A stretch of 64,000 bases of DNA from Candidatus Cloacimonadales bacterium (GTDB lineage Bacteria; Cloacimonadota; Cloacimonadia; Cloacimonadales; JAIOQZ01): the NCBI GenBank assembly GCA_963665815.1, contig OY762463.1, positions 1,792,001 through 1,856,000 of the forward strand, in the 5' to 3' direction. Each line of letters starts with the position of its first letter. Position 1 is the stretch's first letter. The translations under genes and the position numbers were made by a program. The notes under the pieces were generated by a model that was not told where the DNA came from, did not search any database, and saw nothing but the letters and a program-made list of their open reading frames with translations. Shown one piece after another: positions 30,401 through 38,349 of this stretch.

Positions 30401-33400
30401 AGCTCGCAAAATACTAAGCAATGCCACATATAATTCGGGGCTTCTATCCATTACTACGGCGACAATATCACCTTTTCCTGTTCCATTGGCAGCAAAATAT
30501 CGGCTCCACTTGTCTGTAAGAGTCTTCAGTTCTGCATATGTAATTGTAATATCATTCATTTTTATAGCGATGTTATCAGAGAACATCCTGCAACGTTCTG
30601 TGAAAATCTCGCCATAAGATTTATTCAGAGGAAAATCTTTTTCTGTATTATTAAAGTCATCGATGGTTTCTTTATATTCAGATTCATTCAGTACTGATAC
30701 TTCATGAATTGGTGTTTTATCTGCATTTAAAACCTGATCAAAAACATCGGCAAAGCTGTCTGCCATGGATTCTATCAGAGAATCTGACAGGATATCGGTA
30801 TTGTATTCAATCCAGCACTCATAATTACCATCAATATCATCTACAGTCAAAGTGAAATCAAGCTTTGATGTATTGTTTCCAATCTCCTTCATTGTAATCT
30901 CAAGATTATGGAATTTCATTTCCGGTAGTGGAAAATTCTGAAATACGAACATTGCCTGAAATAATGGATGACGAGAACGATCCGGCTTATAGCCCAGATC
31001 TTTTATAAGCTCATCAAAGGGATATTCTGAGTTGGAGAAAGCTGAAATGACATTTGCATATACTTTTTTTGCAAAGTCCCCGAATGAAATATTCTCCGCA
31101 AGATTACTGCGTATTGGCAGCAGGTTTGTAAATATACCAAATATATTCTGTTTATCCGGGTGGTTCCTACCTGCGTATGGAGACCCTACAACAACATCAT
31201 CTGATGCGCCATATACTGAAAGTATAATATTCAGAGCAGACAGAAATACGGAGTATTCACTGATATGGTTAGATTCGGCATATTCTCTTATTTTGTTGGA
31301 TATGCGAGTATTAAGATGCCACCAGTATCTTTTACCGGAATCAGTCTGAACAGGCGGCCTTCTCTTTTTTAAAGGAAGCTCCAGGCTTTCTGGGAAAGGC
31401 AGAAGTTTTTCCTGCCAATAGTTGAGCTGCTTCTCGTACTTTTCTGCAGGAGTAGTCTTTTTCGACCATTCGGAGTAATCACCATAACTGACAGTTAATT
31501 CCGGTAATTCAACATCTCTCTGTTCTACAAGAGATGAATATATTTCCTTCCATTCTCTGAGGAACAGCCCCATAGACCAGCCATCTGTGATAATGTGATG
31601 TATTGTCAAAAAAAGTACAAACTTTTCAGCATCATATTTTACAAGCTTAGAATAAAACAGATTCCCTTTTTCCAGATCGAACACATACCTACCTGTCTCA
31701 ATCTCTATATCTTTCAGTTTGTTCATTCTGTTCTTATGGGAGGATATATCTGTGAAATCAATCTGTACTTCTTCGGGAGGATTTACTACTTGAAAGGGTA
31801 AATCTTTCATAGTTACAAAAGCTGTTCTCAATGATGCATGTCTTTCTGCAAGTTTAGTGAAAGTCTGTTGTAAAAAAGATCTGTCAATTTCTCCGCGAAT
31901 ATCTATTCTTAGAGGTATATTGTAGTCTATTCTGTCTTTGTCCAACATCCAGAAATACCATAGACCATGCTGAGAATAAGATAATGGGGATATATTCTGT
32001 GATGAAGCAGGTATTCTATCAATTAATTTCCCTTCCGAATTCAGCTTTTTACTGAAATCAGATATCGTGGGATTACTCAACAGAAGGTCTATTGTTGCAG
32101 CCGAATCTATGCCTGTATTTACAGCAGTAATGATCTGTGCAGCAATAATAGAGTTTCCGCCAAGGCTGTAGAAATTGTCTGTTATCCCAATTTTATCTTG
32201 TTTCAGGTATTTCCCCCAGATTTCTGCAAGAGAAACCTGTGTATCATTTTCAGGTGGAACAAAATCTGTTCTTGCAATGTTCCAGTCTGGTTCAGGCAGT
32301 GTTTTTTTATCAATTTTACCATTATCTGTCAGTTTGAATTCATCAAGAATAACATAGCTTGCAGGAAGCATATAAGATGGCAGTTCTTCAGCTATTGATT
32401 TCTTCAAATCATCTAAGGAGAAATCGTCTGATGTCCTAATATAAGCAACTATAGCTTTTTCTCCAACAAGATCATTTTTTACAAGAACAACGCAATCCTT
32501 TACTTTATTCTGCTTAAGAATTACCGACTGTATCTCACCAAGTTCTATACGATAACCTCGAATTTTTACTTGCGAATCGAGTCGTCCAATACAGTCAAAC
32601 TCACCATTAGGAAGTACTTTACCTAAGTCTCCGGTTTTATAGAGTTTTTCTCCATAAGTACCCGGTAATGGATTAGAAATGTAAGCTTTTTCAGTCATTT
32701 CAGGCTGATTGTAATAACCTCGCCCGACACAGTCTCCACCAATGTAAATCTCCCCTGTCTCTCCCTCGGAAAGAACATTATAGTCCTCGTCAAGGATATA
32801 TATCTGAGTATTATCTACAGGAACACCAATTGTAGGACTGTAATCAACTTCACCTTCATGTTCGATTACTTTTTCTGAAGCAATTACGGTACATTCACTC
32901 GGTCCGTAAAGATTCACTACATCAGGAGAAAAGTCCTTCGCAGGTCTTCTCGTTAATCTGTCTCCACCTACATAAAGGTATTTCAACTTTGATTCTGGAG
33001 CAACCGGACTCAGCATAAACATCTCTGCAACAGGTGTTGGCAGAAATGAAGCTTTTATATTATTCTTTTCGTAGTATTCATGCAGTTTCTCAGGATTAAG
33101 AATCAGGCTGGAATCAAGGATATGTAATGTTAAACCTGAACACAGAGCAGTCCAGAATTCCCAGACAGATGCATCGAAACCCACTCTTGCCGACTGTGTA
33201 ACATTTGTACCAGCCTCAAAAGGGAAACGCCTGATATGCCAGTTCACCAGATTAAGCAGATTTCGGTGTTCTATACATATTCCTTTAGGTAAACCTGTAG
33301 AGCCTGATGTAAATATCAAATAAGCCAGATTTTCTTTATTGGCTCTGTCTTCCGGTTTAGAATCTCTGCTATTGATTTTATTGAGATTTATCAATCTTCG

Positions 33401-33838
33401 ATCAGGATCCGGAATAGATTCCAGCATCTTATCATTTGTGATTATCACAGGTGTGTCAGTAATGTTAATTGTATGATTCAGCCTTTCAATGGGATACTCC
33501 GGATCAAGAGAAACATAAGCACAACCGGCTTTCACCACCCCAAGAACTGAAATAACGTAGTCTATTGAACGATCAATATATATACCTATTGGAGTATCAG
33601 GTTTTACAGAGGATTCCTGTATTTCTACAGCAAGATCATCTGCTTTTTTTTTCAGTGTACCATATGTAATACTTTGATTATTGTGAACTACAGCTGTGAG
33701 ATCAGAATTAGCTTCTGCAATTTTATCAAAGAGTCTGTAAATATTATCTGCGTCAGGATGATCAACTTTTGTCCTGTTCAGATCAAAGACTAATTTATTC
33801 CATTCTTTTGTGTCCAGCTCTGCATTTTTAAGTTTCAT
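24458..33838 (-). CDS. Non-ribosomal peptide synthetase, three modules: A-T-C-A-T-T-T-C-A-T-TE
   Basis: Three A domains (TSGSTG.PKG / TSGTTGKPK, YGP.E, Y.TGD, QVKIRG.RIE, GKI.RK-type A10); five GG(H/N)S carrier motifs; two HHxxxDG condensation motifs; terminal TE with GWCFGG. Confidence 0.96.
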   Translation of the reverse strand: MKLKNAELDTKEWNKLVFDLNRTKVDHPDADNIYRLFDKIAEANSDLTAVVHNNQSITYGTLKKKADDLAVEIQESSVKPDTPIGIYIDRSIDYVISVLGVVKAGCAYVSLDPEYPIERLNHTINITDTPVIITNDKMLESIPDPDRRLINLNKINSRDSKPEDRANKENLAYLIFTSGSTGLPKGICIEHRNLLNLVNWHIRRFPFEAGTNVTQSARVGFDASVWEFWTALCSGLTLHILDSSLILNPEKLHEYYEKNNIKASFLPTPVAEMFMLSPVAPESKLKYLYVGGDRLTRRPAKDFSPDVVNLYGPSECTVIASEKVIEHEGEVDYSPTIGVPVDNTQIYILDEDYNVLSEGETGEIYIGGDCVGRGYYNQPEMTEKAYISNPLPGTYGEKLYKTGDLGKVLPNGEFDCIGRLDSQVKIRGYRIELGEIQSVILKQNKVKDCVVLVKNDLVGEKAIVAYIRTSDDFSLDDLKKSIAEELPSYMLPASYVILDEFKLTDNGKIDKKTLPEPDWNIARTDFVPPENDTQVSLAEIWGKYLKQDKIGITDNFYSLGGNSIIAAQIITAVNTGIDSAATIDLLLSNPTISDFSKKLNSEGKLIDRIPASSQNISPLSYSQHGLWYFWMLDKDRIDYNIPLRIDIRGEIDRSFLQQTFTKLAERHASLRTAFVTMKDLPFQVVNPPEEVQIDFTDISSHKNRMNKLKDIEIETGRYVFDLEKGNLFYSKLVKYDAEKFVLFLTIHHIITDGWSMGLFLREWKEIYSSLVEQRDVELPELTVSYGDYSEWSKKTTPAEKYEKQLNYWQEKLLPFPESLELPLKKRRPPVQTDSGKRYWWHLNTRISNKIREYAESNHISEYSVFLSALNIILSVYGASDDVVVGSPYAGRNHPDKQNIFGIFTNLLPIRSNLAENISFGDFAKKVYANVISAFSNSEYPFDELIKDLGYKPDRSRHPLFQAMFVFQNFPLPEMKFHNLEITMKEIGNNTSKLDFTLTVDDIDGNYECWIEYNTDILSDSLIESMADSFADVFDQVLNADKTPIHEVSVLNESEYKETIDDFNNTEKDFPLNKSYGEIFTERCRMFSDNIAIKMNDITITYAELKTLTDKWSRYFAANGTGKGDIVAVVMDRSPELYVALLSILRAGAAYMPLDAAYPDDRIEYMLNDSGAKLIVTDSENYTRIRGFDIKQVVYNVQLAEVLKAKLPEVKTIAGGEDVAYLIYTSGSTGKPKGVQVLNRGMLNHNLAVIDDYELTEKDRNLQFGSISFDLSVEEIFPTFLTGATLIPRTEEAFSSIPGFLRYVESEQITVLNLATAYWHELVKHLDEYVIPDCVRLVIIGGEKADLTIYNIWKEKTQGRIRLLNTYGPTETTIISTWYEPGDEDNDFPIGRPIANTQIYVLDRNMRPVPKGVSGELCIGGAGLAKGYLNDPEKTAKSFVKNPVTGKGLIYRTGDLVRINENNLLEIAGRIDFQVKIRGHRIEPGEIERLCRDYDGVSECIVVAVEDRTGMKQLIAYVLPEDNVFLNTDSLKAFMKDTLPSYMVPALIMIVDKFEYNTSGKINRKVLPEPVWKTEKKKISHKTGMIGQRLLQIVRDVLKNDNIDLDSSFFESGGHSLTAMQMISRIDKEFNVAISISDFMEHTSIRDTLECLKGILPDEITEKKTDNGSIAGVVKIWKEILKSDDDSPDSDFFENGGHSLTAMQLISRIEKEFNVNLSIHDFMNKSSLKDLIELVTGNIVRDDGTLEQTDVRADIIHVMEDVLKTDIDDRHDFFENGGNSLTAMQFIARVEKKFNAKLSLHDFLNNSTIDDILLEISHSEFKAETLGKTSATSTSGKEYLLTIQQEGLWFLWKMDKNNVAYNIPVLFEIKGLFDDYVMNKSLIKLMQRHEALRSVFFERNGLPVQKPMDYNKVDVEVIDVSKENWSDKEFDDAYREVTRHSFNLSEGPLFKIKVWRKSQYDHRMIICFHHIVLDGWSVSILINELTAIYTSFISNKSVKLIESDRTFADFVNKPVDRQRQAMLEKYWTGKLNPLPEPIDLPTQKERPAVQTTNGSNIYFTVNKDLCSKLSRLAREKSASKFMLLLSAFRLLLYKYTAQEDILIGSPAANRLDPDYDGVIGSFMDNQLYRIPVHKDDNVSDVIDIVRKETLDNLTHSGYPFKSIVDKMNPERDLSRHPLFQVMFVFQNLPSIDLDIPGLELKAKILANDTSKLDITMEIVEIEGSMHCRFEYNPDLFEAWFSEKTGEHYNAIISQMVSNSRTQIKNLGLLSDAEKELIDERNRKAEIKFPNTTIQNLIIDRIQDCQDRTAVKFGDTSITYGEFGELVQSYCNKVKHDADSRIIAVMMDRSVDLIALICAIQRVGAAYLYLDPEFPNDRLLFMAEDSAPEQIIIEKKYTQRIDFENARIWEDIKSEDIKEAENAADASKPDSIAYYIYTSGTTGKPKAVKVPHSAVTNFILSMQKEPGMTIGDKLLAVTPLSFDISVLEVFLPLVTGAELILASRDDVYDAGKLAEMIESEKITIMQATPSTWKMLRDIGWKGSETLKVLCGGEPVSYDLASGLLKMCGELWNMYGPTETTVWSVIHRILETDSRIYIGHAVVNTTLYVVDSELNPVPDGVKGELLIGGKGITAGYHNREDLTAQKFVDFTNPSGVSEIVYRTGDIVRFDVDGRLECFGRNDFQVKIRGHRIELGEIENELMKTGLFNDAVVHTFKDRNEMLQLCGYYIADKEISVKKIADSIANRLPDYMIPGVFLYMDEFPLTANGKIDRKKLPVPDATIKKNQDEIVKAGTPDQEVLCNIIGDVLGIDNVGINNNFFELGGNSVLSMLVINRLGQAGLSLKVQDLFRHKDLEELAGKLEQTIIQDGVFGDYSLVELQKGNSKKTPLYLVHPLPGDLLGYVNLIRHLPADLPIYGFQAPGLMNPDKALESVEETAAHYVRIIKERHPGGAVYIGGWCFGGTVAYEMMQQLRWKKVDVKHLFLFDTWAFRPVESLRKKYFKSKIKLLVELGLKETLRILKTKIRNRFGNHQNFGDEDTFFDQGMFANRSAVRKKNIAAVCRYNYRPCKGGVVLFKALQQPASFVDDPYMAWDIFVEKVQMFKINATHDTILKEPQVEQIAGYISDIID

Positions 33839-33840
33839 GA

Positions 33841-34419
33841 TTACTCCGAATCCTGATGTTCAAACTCATTTTTAAGTATTGAAAACAGATAAACATCGAA
33901 AAACTCTCTTCTGGATTCATGATACCCAAAGTCTCTTAGTCTGCCTTCCTTAGTAAAGTTTAGCTTCTCAAGCAGTTTGAATGATGGCAGATTACCCGGG
34001 CGAACAAGAGCCTGTATACGATGAAGTCCCATATCCTCAAAACCAAAACGAATTACTTCTGAAAGAACTTCAGTCATGATGCCTTTATTCCAGAATTCAC
34101 GCTTCAGATCATAGCCAATTTCGGCAATGGAGTTTTTAACAAATTTCCCGAAAAGGCATGTTCCTATCATCCTGCCGGTTAACTTATCAGCAACAGCCCA
34201 TCTCAGATATTCCTGTTTAGAATACTGTTCATCGAAAAAGCGGATTATAATCTTTGCAATATCCGGAGTTCCCGGACCATCCCAGTCCAGAAACTGAATA
34301 ACTTCCGGAGAATTATATAACTCACTGAAATCTTCAGAATCTGTCTCATTTATCTTTCTTAAAACACATCTTTCAGTTTTAAGAATAGGAAAATTCATAA
34401 AAGCTTTTTGTACGCTCAA
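33841..34419 (-). CDS. GNAT N-acetyltransferase (RimJ/RimL-like)
   Basis: LKTERCVLR, AEIGYDL...WNKGIMTE, LHRIQA...N..S.KLLEKLNF..EG.LR. Confidence 0.9.
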   Translation of the reverse strand: MSVQKAFMNFPILKTERCVLRKINETDSEDFSELYNSPEVIQFLDWDGPGTPDIAKIIIRFFDEQYSKQEYLRWAVADKLTGRMIGTCLFGKFVKNSIAEIGYDLKREFWNKGIMTEVLSEVIRFGFEDMGLHRIQALVRPGNLPSFKLLEKLNFTKEGRLRDFGYHESRREFFDVYLFSILKNEFEHQDSE

Positions 34420-34442
34420 GCCAAACTCCTGTTACATTGTTA

Positions 34443-35450
34443 CTAATACCCTGCAGGATTCTTTACCTGCCAGTTCCACATATCTACACACATTTTATCT
34501 ATACTGTATTTTGCTTTCCAATTCATTTTGTTTAACGCTTTTTCCGGATCTGCATAAGAAGTAGCAATATCTCCGGATCTTCTTTCGGTAACTTTGTAAG
34601 GAACTGCTTTTCCAGTAGCCTTTTCAAATTCCTTTATAATCTGTAAAACGGAGTAACCTGCACCTGTTCCAAGGTTGATAATTTCCAGTCCGCATTCTTT
34701 CTTAAGAAGATCTAATGCCGAAATATGTCCATCCACAAGATCAAGAATATGAATGTAGTCTCTGACTCCTGTTCCATCCGGTGTATCATAATCATCACCA
34801 AACACTGACAGCATTTCTCTTTTACCTATCAGCACCTGAACAATAAACGGGAACAGATTATTAGGTTTACCATTAGGATCTTCTCCAATTAATCCTGATT
34901 CATGTGCTCCAACCGGGTTAAAATATCTGAGCAATACGATATTCCAGTTATTCTCAGCTTTGTACAAATCCTGCATAATATGTTCTACCATAAGCTTAGA
35001 CTGTCCATAAGGATTTGTTGGTCCAAGGTCAGCTTTTTCTGTAAGCGGAATCTCACTTGGCTCACCGTAAACAGTTGCAGAAGAACTGAATATAATATTT
35101 CGTACGTCATTCTCATTCATTACTTCAAGTAGATTCAATGTACCGGTAACATTGTTTTCGTAGTACATCAATGGTTTTTCCACAGATTCCCCTACAGCCT
35201 TCAAGCCAGCAAAGTGAATTGTTCCGAAGATATCGTTTTCCTTGAATATCTTTCTGAGAATCTCCTTATCTCTAATATCGCCTTCGTAGAATTTAACATT
35301 CTTTCCGGTGATTTTCTTTATTCTATCAAACACAACAGGATTACTGTTACTATAGTTATCTATTACAACAGGTTCATAACCCTGATTTAACAATTCAACA
35401 CATGTATGACTTCCAATAAAACCGGCTCCCCCGGTCACTAATATTTTCAT
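34443..35450 (-). CDS. galE: UDP-glucose 4-epimerase
   Basis: HFAGLKAVGES, FSSSATVYG, NPYGQSK, LRYFNPVGAHESGLIGEDP, DGTGVRDYIH. Confidence 0.96.
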   Translation of the reverse strand: MKILVTGGAGFIGSHTCVELLNQGYEPVVIDNYSNSNPVVFDRIKKITGKNVKFYEGDIRDKEILRKIFKENDIFGTIHFAGLKAVGESVEKPLMYYENNVTGTLNLLEVMNENDVRNIIFSSSATVYGEPSEIPLTEKADLGPTNPYGQSKLMVEHIMQDLYKAENNWNIVLLRYFNPVGAHESGLIGEDPNGKPNNLFPFIVQVLIGKREMLSVFGDDYDTPDGTGVRDYIHILDLVDGHISALDLLKKECGLEIINLGTGAGYSVLQIIKEFEKATGKAVPYKVTERRSGDIATSYADPEKALNKMNWKAKYSIDKMCVDMWNWQVKNPAGY

Positions 35451-35464
35451 TTATCCTCCATTTA

Positions 35465-36595
35465 TCAGCAGTATTTTCTCCAGATGTTAAGTGCTTTCTT
35501 TTTCATTGTTTTTAAGTTTCCTGAATTCAGAACCCTTAATACATGGCGATCCGGAGGCAGTAGCCCCAGTAAATAAGGCACAGCCAGAAACAATCGTTGT
35601 CTTGGGTGGTGCATTGCCCAGTGTGCACTTTTAATTCTTAGCTTATCAATAAGTCTGTTTTTAACAGTATTCTTGAGTAGTTTTACAATATTGAAACCAT
35701 ATTTTCGATCTCTTGCAATGCATTTTGTATATTCATCAAAATTCAACTCATTCTTACCGTAATATTCGGAAAAAACCTGTAAGTAAACACTTGAGAAAAT
35801 TTTAACAGTATTTTTATGGTATTCCTTCAGTTCCTCTCTTGTATCAAACAACAGAGAAGGTTTAAGTTTATATTCAATAGAAAGCAGATACTCCTTAATA
35901 AGCTCATACAAATCTATGTTAGGCACATACTCCAGCTTGCAGAATCTCTCTTTTCTTTCAGTGTATGAAAAGTGATAAATCTTTCTCATCATCATAAGAG
36001 CATCGCCGGCTGCCATAATTGCTTTTTTGCAGTTCCTTTCAACAAATTCTCTGTTATGTCTGTTCCATTCTCCATCAATATACTCTTCACAAAGCAGTAA
36101 TCCCATAGCTCTGTTAAGAAGCAGTTTTAATGCTTCGATCTGAGGCATCTGGAATCCGTAGTACTTTGGAATCTCCTGAAGAATATCATAACTATTGTAC
36201 ACATATATGTAACCATGCTGTAATTCATACCACATCAGATGGAATGGGATATCCGGTATTCTGCTTACAGGCAGGGGAGAACTGAAATCAACCTCAATTC
36301 CAATTTGCTCAGTTAACTTTTCTGATAGTGCACTCAATTTTTTTCTGAACTTCCTGAGCTTGCTACCGGACAGGTTTGATGTGAATATAAAGAAATCGTA
36401 ATCATTGAACAGCATTTCAGTCTTATCTTCAAACCAGACTCCCCCTTCTCCTCTACCGTATCCTCCGCCAAGTACTATGGCTTTTATATCTTTTTCTGAG
36501 AATGTCTCAAGTACAGCGTCTTTTACAATCTGTAAATCAGCTTCAACTTTAGCATCTATCTCAGAAGAACCATAAATTGTATATTTTGATTTCAT
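35465..36595 (-). CDS. Pol-beta superfamily nucleotidyltransferase-like protein with a helical C-terminal domain
   Basis: hGG-G motif LGGGYGRGEGG, DxD motif NDYDFF and third acidic residue in IEVDF. Confidence 0.7.
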   Translation of the reverse strand: MKSKYTIYGSSEIDAKVEADLQIVKDAVLETFSEKDIKAIVLGGGYGRGEGGVWFEDKTEMLFNDYDFFIFTSNLSGSKLRKFRKKLSALSEKLTEQIGIEVDFSSPLPVSRIPDIPFHLMWYELQHGYIYVYNSYDILQEIPKYYGFQMPQIEALKLLLNRAMGLLLCEEYIDGEWNRHNREFVERNCKKAIMAAGDALMMMRKIYHFSYTERKERFCKLEYVPNIDLYELIKEYLLSIEYKLKPSLLFDTREELKEYHKNTVKIFSSVYLQVFSEYYGKNELNFDEYTKCIARDRKYGFNIVKLLKNTVKNRLIDKLRIKSAHWAMHHPRQRLFLAVPYLLGLLPPDRHVLRVLNSGNLKTMKKKALNIWRKYC

Positions 36596-36604
36596 AAGAC
36601 CGCC

Positions 36605-38008
36605 TTAATGCAATTTTATCTTTCCTGAAAGTCTGTTTTTCATAGCTTTCAATACAATAGAAATATCTGTTTTTAAGCTTTTATGGGTCAGGTAATACAT
36701 ATCATCCAGCATAACCTGATTTTCATCTCTTTCACTCGGGAAGATTTCCGAATACTGAAATACTCCCGGTCGGTAATCAGTCAACAAATCTGATGTATCT
36801 ACATCATTCTGTGCTTCCACCAGTCTACAGCCAACAAGATTGATCTTGCCTGTCAGTACATCAAAAAGCAAAGGATATTTATCAAGAAGAAATCTATAGA
36901 AAAGTTTTGATCCCGAAGTATGCTCCACAAAAACGGTTTTCAGGAATCTCTCTATAGAACCATCCGCTTTTGCATAGAATTTTGTACTTTTCTGCCTGAT
37001 AATTTTGGTATTTATCAGCATCCTAATTATTGCTTCCGGCATATACAATACTCCGATAAGTATTCCGGCTAAAACCTTATCAAAAAATCTCTGCATAAAG
37101 GTGTTAACCATATTCTCCTGTATACCTGAAATCAGAAAGGCATCAGATATTTTCATAGACTCACCTGAATCAGGATCAATTAGAACATCCTTATAAACAA
37201 TCTTGTTATCTATATCAAGTTCCGAGCCAATATATGAAAGATCATAAACAATACTGTTTTTAACATGAGCCCCATTATCAATAATAACATTATTCCCGAT
37301 AATTGCTTCCGGACCAACTTCCGTATCTGCTTTTAACTGAACATTATCACCAAGTATTATAGGCTTTTTCAAATCTGCAGATTTTGGATAAATTATATTC
37401 TTACCGAGAAATACAAATTCTTCGTTGTTATATCCGGGAAGAACATAGTTGCTGCTTTCTTCATGGAGAACATAAAAGTTCAAGTCGTAATACAGTTTAA
37501 TATTGCTGATCTCTGTTATTCTGATACTGTCGGATGATTCAGATCTAAAATTATCAAAACTACTTCTTAAATCTTCTTTTCTAATAAAGTATATTCCTGT
37601 ATCTCCATCAATCAATTTAGATGAATCTTTCATGTCAGCAATCAGATTTTTCGGGAAATTGTTCTTGTCATAATGCAGAAAACCATACCCGTTAAAAACC
37701 AGAATGTCAGCATCTTTACAAAATGAGTTATTTTTAAGAATTACTTTCTTGAGAGAATCACCCGGCTTAGCAATACTATAGCTTATGTTGACTCCCCATT
37801 TATCACCGGAACCAAAATAATACTCCATTTCTGTATTCTGATGGGATGAGACAAAACGAATTTCCTCAATTCCATTCAGAGAACAAAAATCGAGAAAGTA
37901 CTCAAAAACCGGTTTATTCGCAATTTTCAGAAGATACGGGTGTAAATTCTGAAAATATTTGTGCAGCCAGTCAGTCTGTTTAACGGCACTGTAAACAAGA
38001 GCTTTCAT
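36605..38008 (-). CDS. Degenerate NDP-sugar pyrophosphorylase-like + left-handed beta-helix + degenerate phosphoglycosyl-transferase fusion
   Basis: LLKIANKP..EY...GIEEI...YFGSGDKWGVNISY without the GxGTRL motif; hexapeptide repeats (PIILGDNV, IIGNNVIID); C-terminal DKYPLL..VLTG.INLVG...RPG. Confidence 0.7.
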   Translation of the reverse strand: MKALVYSAVKQTDWLHKYFQNLHPYLLKIANKPVFEYFLDFCSLNGIEEIRFVSSHQNTEMEYYFGSGDKWGVNISYSIAKPGDSLKKVILKNNSFCKDADILVFNGYGFLHYDKNNFPKNLIADMKDSSKLIDGDTGIYFIRKEDLRSSFDNFRSESSDSIRITEISNIKLYYDLNFYVLHEESSNYVLPGYNNEEFVFLGKNIIYPKSADLKKPIILGDNVQLKADTEVGPEAIIGNNVIIDNGAHVKNSIVYDLSYIGSELDIDNKIVYKDVLIDPDSGESMKISDAFLISGIQENMVNTFMQRFFDKVLAGILIGVLYMPEAIIRMLINTKIIRQKSTKFYAKADGSIERFLKTVFVEHTSGSKLFYRFLLDKYPLLFDVLTGKINLVGCRLVEAQNDVDTSDLLTDYRPGVFQYSEIFPSERDENQVMLDDMYYLTHKSLKTDISIVLKAMKNRLSGKIKLH

Positions 38009-38019
38009 AATAGATTCCG

Positions 38020-38349
38020 TTAAAACGCTTCAAGAGCAGATTCTACATCATCAAATACATCAAATATTTTGTAAGCTCTGGTAATTTCGAATACCATACG
38101 AGGTTTAGCCTGTAATTTAGCTATGTATATATCCCCATTCAATTCAGAAACATATTTCAGGCAGGCTACAATCGCTCCAAGCCCTGTACTGTCAATAAAT
38201 TCAAGTTTACCAAGATCAAAAACAAAATTCCTGCTTTTACTCAGATAATCCTGAAAATGATCTTTCAGAACTTTCGAGTTAGATGCATCCAGTCTTCCCT
38301 CAAGACTTACGATGCCGGCACCCTTTCTTATTTCAAACGAGATATTCAT
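38020..38349 (-). CDS. STAS-domain anti-sigma-factor antagonist (SpoIIAA/RsbV/SypA-like)
   Basis: LEGRLDA, DLGKLEFIDSTGLGAIV, VFEITR. Confidence 0.92.
   Translation of the reverse strand: MNISFEIRKGAGIVSLEGRLDASNSKVLKDHFQDYLSKSRNFVFDLGKLEFIDSTGLGAIVACLKYVSELNGDIYIAKLQAKPRMVFEITRAYKIFDVFDDVESALEAF

Noticed and set aside
24458-33838. NRPS as a monobactam or beta-lactone antibiotic synthetase (SulM/ObiF-like) because of the Cys-TE
   Set aside because: The last A domain has a Gly-type code with no beta-amino or beta-hydroxy group, and the window has no sulfotransferase, Dap-synthesis or transaldolase genes.
24458-33838. NRPS as a siderophore synthetase
   Set aside because: No aryl-acid or cyclisation domains, ornithine/lysine hydroxylase, TonB-dependent receptor or iron ABC transporter nearby, and no convincing Fur box seen.
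35465-36595. Nucleotidyltransferase as a CBASS CD-NTase or toxin-antitoxin component
   Set aside because: No Cap effector, Cap2/Cap3 or separate HEPN toxin gene adjacent; it is tightly embedded among sugar-pathway genes.
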